Source of the DNA: a virus
Lineage: Duplodnaviria > Caudoviricetes
Reading direction: 5' to 3' (one strand)
Length of the DNA: 64,000 nucleotides
IMG/VR virus record: IMGVR_UViG_3300001598_001658
Location: 81,492-145,491 of that record
Both the position numbers and the translations under genes were made by a program. The stretch's first letter is position 1, and each line of letters opens with the position of its first letter. The notes beneath the pieces are model-generated. The model was not told the DNA's origin and did no database searches. It saw only the letters and a program-made list of their open reading frames with translations. Positions 19,684 through 29,884 of this stretch are shown here, one piece after another.

Positions 19684-22600
19684 TTATTTCTTTTCATTTA
19701 CGATATCATAATTTAATTCAAATGTGATTACATCCCAAAGACCAGATTTGAAGAAATTAAGATTTCCATCTGTAATATTTGGTGTATTAGATTTGAGATA
19801 TTTGATATCGAATTTACAATTGTTTTTAACAGCAATACTCTTTCCATCAAAATCAACACCTGTGTTTTTGATAATTTTGATAGCAGATTTGATAATTTCT
19901 GTCTGAGCGAATTTAAGACATTCATATACAGAATTACGACATCTTTCACTGAGAGTATATGTTGTAGCATCAATAGTAGAAAGATCAACTCCATCGCGTT
20001 TTGCAAATGTACCATCTACAAACTGATTATAATACCATTTTTCATTGATATTTGTAAGTGTATCATTAGATACTTTCTTTGCAGCAATGTAAGCTTTTCT
20101 TACAGAAATAGTTTCATCTTGTTTAATAATAGATTCATCAAAAATTCTTTTTGCATTAAGATCAAGAATATCTTTTGCAAATCTTTCGATACGTACGATT
20201 ACCTTTGTATCTTTTGATGGAAATACTTTTACATTGTAAATATCATTTTTTCCTGTTACGTGATATGTATTATCATCTGTTGTTTCTGTGATGATTTTAC
20301 GATATTCAGTAACAGCAGTTTTATAAACACCAAGAGCCTTTTTCTTTTCTTTTCCTTTTTCGCGATAAGATCTGATAAGTTCATCATGAGATTTTTTGTT
20401 TGATTTCTTTTCAGTTTTCTTTTCAGCTTTTTCTTCTTTCTTTTCATCAGAAGTATCGCAAATATTTGCGAGAATATCTCTCAAACAGTTTGTTGCATAT
20501 CCAAATACATATATAAGAACTTCGCGGCGAGATGTTTCAACATCAACATCGCGCTGAAGAGAATAATCGATACTGTTAAATGCGATATTCTTTGCGCGTC
20601 CTTTAATGTATTCTTTGTATGTCTGATCCTTTGGACAATTTCTAAATGCTCCAGATTCAAGAATATATTCAGAGAAAATATGTGAAGTGCAGTCGTAAGA
20701 AAGAGCTTTATTATCATTTTTAGATTCGAAATAATCTTTAAATTCATCAAATGCATAAACGATATTACATCCAATAAGCATATGAACAAATGAATTTATA
20801 ACACGTTTTGTTGCTTCGAGTTCCTCTGATTTAAGATTTTCTTTATACCAAACATCAAAATTTTCAAGATTTCCTTCTTTTCTCTTAGCATCAACTTTAT
20901 CCTGAATATCACTTGCTTTCTTCTGGAAATCAACATAAGAAGTAATGAACTGATAAGCAAATGCGATATCAGTCTTAAACTTATATTTATTTTTAATTTT
21001 CTTTCCTTCATTAAGTTTTGCAAGTTTATATTCATTATCCTGAATATATGTCTGAAGATCTGCTACAAATTTGTAATAAGCAGATGAGAATTTGAGATTA
21101 TGAATAAGAACATGTGATAATACACTTATTGTATCCTTATATTCGTCAATATATGGATCAATGAATTCTTTATTTTCAGTATAGAACTTCTTGAGAATAG
21201 AATCAGGATCATATTGTGAAGCAAAATCGAGATCAAGAGTATTATCATGAAGAGAAACAAAATATTCAATCATATTGTTAAAACTCATTGAAATTGCATT
21301 GATGTTAACCTTGTGTTTATTATATTCCTCATCTGTTTCGGATGACATTCTCGAACGAATTAAATTATAGAATTTATCACCGAATACTTTAACATGCTGA
21401 GCTTCCAGTAAAGATTCAGATCTTCCATAATAACCTCGCAATTCTGAATTTGAGAATGCATAGTTAATAAATGAAGCGAAGAGTCCATGACGTCTTACGT
21501 AATTCTTCAATGGTTCAACAAGTTTAACTCTGAGATCGTCGATTTCATCATCATATTCTTCATATTCTTTTGAAATCTTTTCCCATGGATCAACATATTC
21601 TTTTTTAATTTCTTCAAGTGTTGTTTTGAGTTCTTCATAATCTGTATTTTCATCAATCTTTGGAAGAAGCTTTGGAAGAGGTTTCTGCATAGCCATTCCA
21701 TATGCCTGATTAATCTGCATTGTTGCACGAGTGTATTTTTCGATATTATCGATAAAACGTGATTCGATTGCACGCTGCTCTTTAATTTCAGCAAGTTCTT
21801 TATCTTCATCTTCGATACTGATCAATGAAGTTTTAATATCATTATATTCAATAGAAAGTTTTTCTGATTCCTTTTCATCAATCATAGGATTAGAAAGTTT
21901 CTTTACAATATTTGTGATATTCGAAATCTTTTCAAAATCAATTGCTTTTGATACTTCTTCGGAATGTTTATTTTCCGGATTTTTAAGATCTTTAGCATGC
22001 TGAATTGTGAATTCGAGTTCACATTCATCAAGCTCTTTAATTGATTCATCAAGATAATGAAGACAGTTATACTGTGCTTCAATTTTCTTCTGTTTATCAC
22101 GAACAGTTTTGATTTCTTCAGTTTCTTCGATCGATACTTCGCCTTTTGATTTACGAATAGAATCAACAAATGCCTGTACAAATGCCATATTTGCTGTAGA
22201 TGAAATCAAACCAGCAATAGTACCATCATTCTGAAGCTGACCAATATCATAACGAGATACATTCTGGTATGTTGCGATAATTTTTTTAGCGTTAAGTTCG
22301 CGCTGTTCAAGCTCGAGTTTAACTTTAGGATCATATTTAGGAAGATGATCAATTTCATCCTGATAGATTTCAATTGTAAGTTTTGAATCTTCGATGAGTT
22401 TTTCGTCTTCTTCTTTCTTATCTGAATTCGAAAGATTATTTTCAAGTTCTTTAATCTTTTCGTTGAGGGCAGCAATATTTTTCTTATTTTCTTCCTCAAT
22501 AGCTTTCTGAGATTCATCAGATAATTCATTACGAATAGCAAAAATCATATTACGAGCCTGTTTAATTTCAAACTCGAAATCTGTAAGTGCGAGACCTGAC

Positions 22601-23043
22601 ATTTTGATACGATTTGCATCATCAAATGTAAATTCAGGAATTCCATCTTTATCCATTACGATTTTGCTCATATCGATAGAAACATCTGTACCATCACCTT
22701 CTGTACGAGCAATTTCTTCAGGAGTTTTAATAGAAGAAATAGTACCATCAGATTTTTCTGTGGCATGTTCATGAGGTGTGATATTTTCTTCACCCAAACG
22801 TTTTTTAAGATCTTCCTTAATCTTTGGATCGAGATCTTCAAAAGATGTTTCTTTTGCTGCCTCTGGAGGTACTGAATGTACTACATCATTTTTTTCTTCA
22901 TCCTTGATAGTATATTCAATACCATCAGATGTAGTTTTTACTTCAGATTCAGAGGATGCGACGTGTTCAGTATCCTGAGTTACAGCAGGATTCTCTGATA
23001 CATGTTCCTGTTCTTGTTCTACGACTTTGTTTTCTTCAGCCAT
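19684..23043 (-). CDS. Large hypothetical protein with coiled-coil regions
   Basis: 1119-aa ORF, GGAGG RBS, TATATTAT motif at 23078-23085; no recognisable domain. Confidence 0.85.
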   Translation of the reverse strand: MAEENKVVEQEQEHVSENPAVTQDTEHVASSESEVKTTSDGIEYTIKDEEKNDVVHSVPPEAAKETSFEDLDPKIKEDLKKRLGEENITPHEHATEKSDGTISSIKTPEEIARTEGDGTDVSIDMSKIVMDKDGIPEFTFDDANRIKMSGLALTDFEFEIKQARNMIFAIRNELSDESQKAIEEENKKNIAALNEKIKELENNLSNSDKKEEDEKLIEDSKLTIEIYQDEIDHLPKYDPKVKLELEQRELNAKKIIATYQNVSRYDIGQLQNDGTIAGLISSTANMAFVQAFVDSIRKSKGEVSIEETEEIKTVRDKQKKIEAQYNCLHYLDESIKELDECELEFTIQHAKDLKNPENKHSEEVSKAIDFEKISNITNIVKKLSNPMIDEKESEKLSIEYNDIKTSLISIEDEDKELAEIKEQRAIESRFIDNIEKYTRATMQINQAYGMAMQKPLPKLLPKIDENTDYEELKTTLEEIKKEYVDPWEKISKEYEEYDDEIDDLRVKLVEPLKNYVRRHGLFASFINYAFSNSELRGYYGRSESLLEAQHVKVFGDKFYNLIRSRMSSETDEEYNKHKVNINAISMSFNNMIEYFVSLHDNTLDLDFASQYDPDSILKKFYTENKEFIDPYIDEYKDTISVLSHVLIHNLKFSSAYYKFVADLQTYIQDNEYKLAKLNEGKKIKNKYKFKTDIAFAYQFITSYVDFQKKASDIQDKVDAKRKEGNLENFDVWYKENLKSEELEATKRVINSFVHMLIGCNIVYAFDEFKDYFESKNDNKALSYDCTSHIFSEYILESGAFRNCPKDQTYKEYIKGRAKNIAFNSIDYSLQRDVDVETSRREVLIYVFGYATNCLRDILANICDTSDEKKEEKAEKKTEKKSNKKSHDELIRSYREKGKEKKKALGVYKTAVTEYRKIITETTDDNTYHVTGKNDIYNVKVFPSKDTKVIVRIERFAKDILDLNAKRIFDESIIKQDETISVRKAYIAAKKVSNDTLTNINEKWYYNQFVDGTFAKRDGVDLSTIDATTYTLSERCRNSVYECLKFAQTEIIKSAIKIIKNTGVDFDGKSIAVKNNCKFDIKYLKSNTPNITDGNLNFFKSGLWDVITFELNYDIVNEKK

Positions 23044-23135
23044 AAAGAACCTCCATATAAATATTATTTTGTACTATATAATATATAAATTATTAATAGT
23101 ATAAAAATATGTAACGTGATATATAAAAATTTAAT

Positions 23136-23183
23136 AAATCCTATGAACTGCAATAAACGTATATTTCGCTCACACATTATAAT
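23136..23183 (+). promoter_or_regulatory. Long conserved early-type promoter motif, copy 2
   Basis: AAATCCTATGAACTGCAATAAACGTATATTTCGCTCACACATTATAAT. Confidence 0.65.
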
Positions 23184-23231
23184 ACGAAAGAAGGTGATAA
23201 TAAAAGTCAAATACCTTCTAAGGAGCCTATA

Positions 23232-23575
23232 ATGATAGGAATTGATGAATTAGTTGCTATGGATGATAAATATATCCATGCAACTCATATCCACGAGCAG
23301 GATCTATGCTCAAAACCAACAATGATATCCTATTGGATGTCGAAGCTTCATTCTTGAAGCTTGCAGATGAAATCTGCGAAAAATCTGAAGATACGAATGG
23401 ATATTATGAGAAGGTTTATCTCATACCAGAATCTTCTACAGAAACAAAATTCAACATTATCGTTGGAATGTTGAAAAATCCAACACCTGGTCTATTTAGA
23501 TCATTTGTTGGTCGCGGAGCAATCAGATCTCTTCGCATCAGCGAAAATAACATGATGTTTATTAAATTTAATTAA
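23232..23575 (+). pseudogene. Small early gene, apparently frameshifted (41-codon RBS-led ORF overlapping the 89-aa ORF at 23306-23575)
   Basis: AAGGAG RBS leads ATG 23232; removing one AT unit at about 23270-23275 joins it to the 23306 frame. Confidence 0.4.
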
Positions 23576-23595
23576 TATTCACCGATGTTAAAAAA

Positions 23596-23623
23596 AAGAA
23601 GGAGGATTTAAATCCTCCTTCTT
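23596..23623. terminator. Perfect palindromic bidirectional terminator
   Basis: AAGAAGGAGGATTTAAATCCTCCTTCTT. Confidence 0.85.
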
Positions 23624-23626
23624 TTT

Positions 23627-24496
23627 TTAATTTAATGTTGAGTTGACTTCTACTTCAAATGCATTAATTTGTTTAAAGAAAGGAATAATAATTTTTTTAT
23701 TAATATATGTTTCTCTAAACTGTTCATTCATAATTATTTCGAGGAACCATCTTGTTATTAATGATTCTTCTTCATATGAAATATTTAATAAAATATTCAT
23801 TTCATCATCAAGATATTCATAATTATCACATGGTGCATATTCATTTAAAGACTGAAAAAAGTTATAGAATTTAAATTCTGTTTCATCTAAAAGAATAAGT
23901 TTTGTATAATTCATAAATACATCAAATCTTTCTTTATAACTTAATGTATCAAATTCTTTCTTTCTTGTTTCCACATATTGTGATTTAGCAGCACTTATAA
24001 CTTCAATAGGATCGATACCTAAAGCTCCGCTATTTTGAATATTTGGTGTTTTATTTTTATAATAAACATCTCTAAAATCATAGCCAGGTTTATAAAAATG
24101 ATAATCCAATAAATAATCTGTGATAATAGATTCAGGATTAACAATCATAAAATAATACATATTGTATACATTATTAAACCTGTGTTCCTCATCGTTAAAC
24201 ATAATTCCAAGTTTACGTTTAAAACATCGTTCTACAGAATTCATAAAGTTTTCATAATCGTCTCTATTATCTTCATTAATATACATAGGTACAGATTCTG
24301 GGAATTCTTCTTTTGGAACATTTAACGCATTTATTGCAAACCATTTCATATAATCATTTTGATCTAATGGACACTGTACCATTGGCGAAAACTGATAATC
24401 TATTTTTTCCATAAGATCTACAAATGAAATAATATTAATAGTAGGTTCTGTGATTTCAAAACCATCATTTAATTCTTTATCGATATTTTCTAACAT
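23627..24496 (-). CDS. Hypothetical protein (late promoter)
   Basis: 289-aa ORF; AAGGA RBS; TACA-N6-TA at 24519-24530. Confidence 0.8.
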   Translation of the reverse strand: MLENIDKELNDGFEITEPTINIISFVDLMEKIDYQFSPMVQCPLDQNDYMKWFAINALNVPKEEFPESVPMYINEDNRDDYENFMNSVERCFKRKLGIMFNDEEHRFNNVYNMYYFMIVNPESIITDYLLDYHFYKPGYDFRDVYYKNKTPNIQNSGALGIDPIEVISAAKSQYVETRKKEFDTLSYKERFDVFMNYTKLILLDETEFKFYNFFQSLNEYAPCDNYEYLDDEMNILLNISYEEESLITRWFLEIIMNEQFRETYINKKIIIPFFKQINAFEVEVNSTLN

Positions 24497-24598
24497 AGTT
24501 CATTCCTTCTATTTAATATATATAAATGTAAATGATATTTTCAATTATATATTATTTTTTAGAATCAAAACAAAATAATTATATTCAAGGAGTAAATA

Positions 24599-25288
24599 AT
24601 GAATAATAATGAGTTTCATTTTGATGATGAACGTGGTAATAATTTTAATATCACGGTAAATCATTTTCACATGACGCCACAAAATCCGATGGGTAATTTA
24701 TTGAATACAATGACTCAGATGGCTATGGTTAATTCAATTATGAATCAGAATTTATTATCTGAGCCAAAAAATGAATTATTAGAAGCTGCGCCTATTCATA
24801 GACATGTAATAGCAGCTATTGAAGATGATTCGACAAAAATTCAGTATGAAATTAAAGATGAACCAATATATGAAGTTAGATTTAAAAATATGAGAGATAT
24901 TCCAGACTCTATTATTGTCGATGTTGTATTAGATAAAGAGATAGATCTTGATAAGTTTACAAAAGATTATAGAGCTATTTCGGATTCAATAAAATATAAA
25001 CTTTCGACAATATCAGAAAAAACTGATAATTTTATATTTACAATCGATTTACAAAACATCGGTAAAATATCTTGTATGAAAATTTCGACAAACTATTATA
25101 AAAGGTTATTAGAAAAATTCGGACAAGGAAAAGATTCTGTATTTTTCTCTCAAAGCGTTGCCGAAAAGCTTCAGGTTCCTTTTGCAGAAATATTGAATGA
25201 AATTGATTTTATAATCGATTTAGAAATTTTGGTTAGTAATAGATATGATTCATTAAATTCCAAATACCACATTAAAAAGGAGTGTTAA
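24599..25288 (+). CDS. Hypothetical protein
   Basis: 229 aa; AAGGAG RBS; TATATTAT at 24548-24555. Confidence 0.8.
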   Translation: MNNNEFHFDDERGNNFNITVNHFHMTPQNPMGNLLNTMTQMAMVNSIMNQNLLSEPKNELLEAAPIHRHVIAAIEDDSTKIQYEIKDEPIYEVRFKNMRDIPDSIIVDVVLDKEIDLDKFTKDYRAISDSIKYKLSTISEKTDNFIFTIDLQNIGKISCMKISTNYYKRLLEKFGQGKDSVFFSQSVAEKLQVPFAEILNEIDFIIDLEILVSNRYDSLNSKYHIKKEC

Positions 25289-25290
25289 AA

Positions 25291-25554
25291 ATGCCAGAAG
25301 GAATTACAATTAACATCAATAATTCTGGGGATAACAGAAATGCAAATGGACGCAATTTTTCATTATCAGATATCAAAGATATTCTCGATGATAAATACAA
25401 AGATGTAGAAGAAAAGGTTTCTGAAATAGAAAGATATTATAATATCAAAAGAGACCCTTATCTTCATGAAAGGTTGAGTATTATTGTAACAAGTTACAAA
25501 TCTTTCACAAAAGCATATAATGATTTCAACAATTGGTATATCGCAAATAAGTGA
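25291..25554 (+). CDS. Hypothetical protein
   Basis: AAGGAG RBS before ATG 25291; coupled to the previous gene. Confidence 0.7.
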   Translation: MPEGITININNSGDNRNANGRNFSLSDIKDILDDKYKDVEEKVSEIERYYNIKRDPYLHERLSIIVTSYKSFTKAYNDFNNWYIANK

Positions 25555-25565
25555 TTGTGTGAAAT

Positions 25566-25595
25566 AAAAGTAGAGGGATCTTTCCCTCTACTTTT
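25566..25595. terminator. Bidirectional terminator
   Basis: AAAAGTAGAGGGA-tctt-TCCCTCTACTTTT. Confidence 0.85.
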
Positions 25596-25602
25596 ATTTT
25601 TT

Positions 25603-25872
25603 TTAAATTCCTAAAATGTTTTTAAATTCACGTTGATTATTTCCAAAATAGGTTTTATAATCTTCGTTTTCTTTCTTAATTTTATTTTGACCTCTATTAT
25701 CTATATCTACCAATTGCATAGAACCTTTATTATCCAAAATAATATTAAGTTTCTCACATTCTGTACGAAAATCATCTTCTGTGATTTCTCCATCTTCCAT
25801 TTGATGTCGCAATTCGATATATTTGACTTCGAGATTAAAATTTCTTGTTTCTTCAGGTTTTATTTCTTGCAT
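25603..25872 (-). CDS. Hypothetical protein
   Basis: GGAG RBS before ATG 25872 (MQEIK); overlaps the end of the HTH gene. Confidence 0.65.
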   Translation of the reverse strand: MQEIKPEETRNFNLEVKYIELRHQMEDGEITEDDFRTECEKLNIILDNKGSMQLVDIDNRGQNKIKKENEDYKTYFGNNQREFKNILGI

Positions 25873-26105
25873 GATTCGATCTCCAAATTTTTTAAAATAT
25901 TTGCTTCGATAAATGATAAATTCATAGTACCAGCAAACCATTCTGTAAAATCGGAAGGTATTGGGCTCAATCCTCTTAGCATTTTGCTAAATTTTTTAGG
26001 ACACATCCCATAAGCTCTAGCAATTTTTGCCTGATATATTTTTTTCGAATCTAAAATCGCTTTTATTTGCGATCCATATTTTGTAAGTTCATACTTGATT
26101 TCCAT
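25860..26105 (-). CDS. XRE-family helix-turn-helix protein
   Basis: 'IKAILDSKKIYQAKIARAYGMCPKKFSKMLRG' fits the Cro/XRE HTH pattern; TAGGAG RBS. Confidence 0.65.
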   Translation of the reverse strand: MEIKYELTKYGSQIKAILDSKKIYQAKIARAYGMCPKKFSKMLRGLSPIPSDFTEWFAGTMNLSFIEANILKNLEIESCKK

Positions 26106-26120
26106 ATTTATTCTCCTACT

Positions 26121-28238
26121 CTAATTAAACATCATACTTTTAAGTTGTGAAAGATTTTGAATTGTAAAATCCATATTATTACGAATAGTTTCATTTTTAC
26201 TATTGACTCGTTCAGAAAGTTTATCAGGAGTTGTATCAAAATTCTCCTCCTCATCTTCCATAATTTCTTCAGGATTTTGAAGCATTTCAATATTTCTTTC
26301 AAATTTATTATTTTTACTATCATATAATCTTATATTAATATTATTCATAGTTTCACTGATATCACTTTCATTATTATATGAATGATCTATATTTTTATTA
26401 ATATTGTTAAAATTAATAGTTCCATCAGAATTAACATAAGTATCTGCTACATCGCCAGTAATTATATCTTTCATATTTGTCATATAATTACCTTTATTGG
26501 TTACACGAGCCTGATCTACTTTGGACTCACCATCTATAACGCATCCGATTAAAGATACATCAATATAATGACTAGCATTTTTAGCATAAGTTAAGAACCA
26601 TCTTACAAACAAATAAGCCATTAAAGTATCATCGTGTCCATTCTTAGGATGATCAATTCTACCATTTCTTGTAACTTCAAGTCCTATAATCTCATTAATG
26701 ATATGCGAATCGTGTATCTGTTTATACTGATTTACTACTGCAACTCTTAAAAGATCTTTATAAAGAATAGGACGTGTTTTAGAAGTTGTAGCAAAACCAG
26801 GTTTTCCATCTTCACTACAATAAATTCTATTTGCTAATCCATATCCATTTTCAATCAATGAATCGCATAACGCAACACCAATATAGTTTCTTTCGATCAC
26901 AGCTATAGAATTACTAAATACATTTACCAATATATTTGCAATACATTTAGCAAAACGGTTTGTAGAGAACTGATTTGAACGTAATACAGCAACAACCTCA
27001 TAGTTAGTAGGATCTACAACTACGAATGTCGAGAAGTCATGTAAAAGGTTACCACCAGTATCTATACCACAAACATAAGTTTTATTGAAATCAATTTCTT
27101 CAATCTTTCTATATAACTTTAAGAAATATACATCATCTATTACCAAAACATCAGATGGATCATGAATTTGACTTGCAACTTTATCAACCAATTCTTTTCC
27201 TAATGGATGTTCTCCACCAGTTTTCTGCCATCTATTTAAAACTTCACGTTGGAATGCTTCTTCTGATGTAGAGTCTTTCTTCATCTCTTCGAGATATGTA
27301 TCTGGTTTACCTAAATCATAATACATATATTCGATACGCAAGAAAGAGTTTGTAGAGTTTTTGAAAACCATTTCTTTAACTGTTTTTATTTCATAGTCAT
27401 ACATTTTTTCTGTAAAATCACAACACGAATTAAGAAAGTTAAAACCCCACATACCAGAATCATCATCGAGACGTCCTACAGAGGAACTCATAATACGATG
27501 ATAATGTGAACCATTTTTCTTTGCAATATCAGCAACAGTTTTATAAGCAAATGAAGATGAGTCATAAATTTCACCAATCTGAGGAATAAAGTTTAACTCA
27601 TCAAACCACATACAAGGAGTCGAGAAACCACGACCAACTTTAGAAGCTTCTTCTGGAGATTTAGAAGGAGCTTTAATACGTAAGTGATTATAATATTCAT
27701 CTGTTACAAATTTCATTTCTCGAGAGTTATCTTTATCTGTAGCAGCGTTGTACAAATTTAAATAAGCCGGAAATGTATCGCGTATTTCTTTAATACGAGT
27801 CATGTTACCTTGTAAGATTGCATCAGAGTATGAGAAAAGCATAAATTCTGTATTTCTACAACCCCAATAGAAAAACCAACTATACATAGCACAAATAGTG
27901 TATGTTTTATAACACTGACGTGGTAATACAATAAATGTAGACAAATTATTTAATAATGCCCAACAAACAGCTAGTGTAGCACGTGTTAATTCAAATGGTC
28001 GTTTTTCACCAGCAGTAGGAATACGTACGATTTCACGTAAGTAATACCACGGATTATTTGCAATCTCATTATGAACGCGCAACATAGTTTCTTTATCGAG
28101 ATCATCTCGTAAAGGATCTACATTTAATAATTTTTCATCTTTAAGTTCTAGAAAGAAATCACAGTTCTTTACACCAAAGTCTTTTAAGATAGTATACATC
28201 TTTAAAAAACTAAGGTTTTTTGTATTATATTGAATCAT
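26121..28238 (-). CDS. terL: Terminase large subunit
   Basis: Walker A 'PRQCYKT', Walker B 'WFDE', coupling motif 'MSSS', RNase H-like nuclease 'GIDTGG...D' and 'HDDTLMA'. Start 28238 from the TAGGAG RBS. Confidence 0.9.
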   Translation of the reverse strand: MIQYNTKNLSFLKMYTILKDFGVKNCDFFLELKDEKLLNVDPLRDDLDKETMLRVHNEIANNPWYYLREIVRIPTAGEKRPFELTRATLAVCWALLNNLSTFIVLPRQCYKTYTICAMYSWFFYWGCRNTEFMLFSYSDAILQGNMTRIKEIRDTFPAYLNLYNAATDKDNSREMKFVTDEYYNHLRIKAPSKSPEEASKVGRGFSTPCMWFDELNFIPQIGEIYDSSSFAYKTVADIAKKNGSHYHRIMSSSVGRLDDDSGMWGFNFLNSCCDFTEKMYDYEIKTVKEMVFKNSTNSFLRIEYMYYDLGKPDTYLEEMKKDSTSEEAFQREVLNRWQKTGGEHPLGKELVDKVASQIHDPSDVLVIDDVYFLKLYRKIEEIDFNKTYVCGIDTGGNLLHDFSTFVVVDPTNYEVVAVLRSNQFSTNRFAKCIANILVNVFSNSIAVIERNYIGVALCDSLIENGYGLANRIYCSEDGKPGFATTSKTRPILYKDLLRVAVVNQYKQIHDSHIINEIIGLEVTRNGRIDHPKNGHDDTLMAYLFVRWFLTYAKNASHYIDVSLIGCVIDGESKVDQARVTNKGNYMTNMKDIITGDVADTYVNSDGTINFNNINKNIDHSYNNESDISETMNNINIRLYDSKNNKFERNIEMLQNPEEIMEDEEENFDTTPDKLSERVNSKNETIRNNMDFTIQNLSQLKSMMFN

Positions 28239-28302
28239 AATTTCTCCTATATATAAATGTAGAAAATAAAACTTTATTAACAAATGTGTATAGAGGCATT
28301 AT

Positions 28303-28923
28303 ATGGCAAATGAAATTGAATTCAAAGTTCCAATTGAAGAAAAAGATTTAAAAAGATTTTTGGAAAATAAACCGTTATGGACATCATTAAATCTTAATAC
28401 GAAATATGTAGAAACAAAACTTGATGAATTTTTTGAAAATCCCGAAACAAATAAAGGAAATGTTGTGAGAATTCGAGGAGTTACAATTCTTAAATCTATT
28501 GATGATTTTTTCAAACCAGGTGGAAAAAATAATAAAGATTCAAAATATTATTTGTGTTATAAGCGTAAAAATAAATCGTCAGATGGATTATCTGAAATTA
28601 CAGAAGAGTATGAAACTTTAATTGAAGATCATACTGTTTTTGAAAAGATAATGGAAGCATGTAAACACAATATTTTCTTTAGGAAAATGAAAAAAGCTAT
28701 TAATGTAGAATTCTTACAAGACAAACAAAGAAATAATTACAATATTGAGTTTGTTTGTGTAAATGATAAATTCTATTATCTTGAAGTAGAATGGATTGGG
28801 AATTTCAATAATGTTGCTAAAAATCCAAATGAAGTAATTAAATATCTTGAAAATAGATGTAGAGATCTTGGCTTTGATCCTACAAACAAAGATCCTCGTA
28901 TGTGGAGAGAAATAGTTAAATAA
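28303..28923 (+). CDS. CYTH-family triphosphate tunnel metalloenzyme (class IV adenylate cyclase-like)
   Basis: N-terminal ExExK ('EIEFK'), 'VRIR', 'YK', 'EYET', 'LEVE'; AACA-N6-TA at 28279-28290. Confidence 0.8.
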   Translation: MANEIEFKVPIEEKDLKRFLENKPLWTSLNLNTKYVETKLDEFFENPETNKGNVVRIRGVTILKSIDDFFKPGGKNNKDSKYYLCYKRKNKSSDGLSEITEEYETLIEDHTVFEKIMEACKHNIFFRKMKKAINVEFLQDKQRNNYNIEFVCVNDKFYYLEVEWIGNFNNVAKNPNEVIKYLENRCRDLGFDPTNKDPRMWREIVK

Positions 28924-28927
28924 ATTT

Positions 28928-28954
28928 AATAGTAGCACTATATGTGCTACTATT
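28928..28954 (+). terminator. Intrinsic terminator
   Basis: AATAGTAGCAC-tatat-GTGCTACTATT. Confidence 0.8.
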
Positions 28955-28961
28955 CTTATTT

Positions 28962-28997
28962 TCGTAATAACGATATATTTTAATCGCATATTATATT
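28962..28997 (+). promoter_or_regulatory. Long conserved early-type promoter motif, copy 3 (partial)
   Basis: TCGTAATAAC...AATCGCATATTATATT, near-identical to the 3' half of the 45778 copy. Confidence 0.6.
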
Positions 28998-29081
28998 GTG
29001 AAAGGCTGAGTAGGAGAAATGAAAAGCCGCCTAGTTAGAAAGGCTGATCCCAGAGAGGCAATAATCACAAGGAGAAAAACT

Positions 29082-29352
29082 ATGAAAGTAAATGGAAAAC
29101 ACATCATGACATCGGAACAGGAAATGTATTATTTAGCTAATGGCTTCGAATGGTTCCTCTTAGAAGAATACTACAATCTTAAAGCGGAATCAAATACATC
29201 TGGATATTGGCTACTCAAAAAAAGGCGTTGAGAAAAACTCAAACGGTAAAGTAGTTATGGTTCTGTGTAAAGTTATTCAAATAGGTTATTGTGACCCAAA
29301 TAAAACATCAGGATGTCGGCTAAGAACTGGTAGACCTGATGCTGGTCGTTAG
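29082..29352 (+). pseudogene. Small early gene with a possible frameshift in an A7 run
   Basis: AAGGAG RBS leads ATG 29082; stop at 29231. Deleting one A at 29217-29223 extends the frame to TAG 29352, just before the terminator. Confidence 0.45.
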
Positions 29353-29370
29353 TCTACTTCCATATCTCGT

Positions 29371-29410
29371 CCGCTGTATACTCGAAAGAGTTGCAGCGGT
29401 TTTCTTTTTT
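29371..29410 (+). terminator. Intrinsic terminator with GAAA tetraloop
   Basis: CCGCTGTA-t-ACTC-GAAA-GAGT-TGCAGCGG plus T-tract. Confidence 0.8.
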
Positions 29411-29476
29411 GTATTAAATATATTTTTTAATATATATTATAACATGAAAAAATAATAACATTCCAGGAGGTAAAAT

Positions 29477-29809
29477 ATGGAATTATTAATGACAATAACA
29501 GCTACAGCAACTTTCATCATAGGATGTATTTATCTTAAACTAAAACGAAGAGAGTGGCATAGAAAACGGGCCAAACAAATTGAGAGGGAATCTCTTATCG
29601 ATATGGAACGCAAATGTTCATATGCAATCACACAGGAGATTATACACGAACGTTTTGGTAAAAATTTAGATAGATTTACGGATTTCTATAAAGAGATTTG
29701 TGTAACCATGAATGATTTTAGAGAAAATAAAATGGAGTTTCAAAATTATAAAAATTTGAAACTATCATTCTATAGATTTTACGAAGACTGTGGTCTTCCA
29801 AATTTCTAA
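29477..29809 (+). CDS. Membrane-anchored hypothetical protein
   Basis: AGGAGG RBS; N-terminal hydrophobic helix followed by a basic patch; TATATTAT at 29433-29440. Confidence 0.75.
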   Translation: MELLMTITATATFIIGCIYLKLKRREWHRKRAKQIERESLIDMERKCSYAITQEIIHERFGKNLDRFTDFYKEICVTMNDFRENKMEFQNYKNLKLSFYRFYEDCGLPNF

Positions 29810-29813
29810 TGAA

Positions 29814-29841
29814 AATAAAGTGGGGTTATACCCACTTTATT
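29814..29841. terminator. Intrinsic terminator
   Basis: AATAAAGTGGG-gttata-CCCACTTTATT. Confidence 0.8.
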
Positions 29842-29884
29842 TTTTTAACATTTTATTATATTAAATTTATAGAGAGGTAAAAAT

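Noticed and set aside
26121-28238. Intein or intron in the terminase gene
   Set aside because: The ATPase and nuclease motifs are in one continuous frame with no intein splice motifs.
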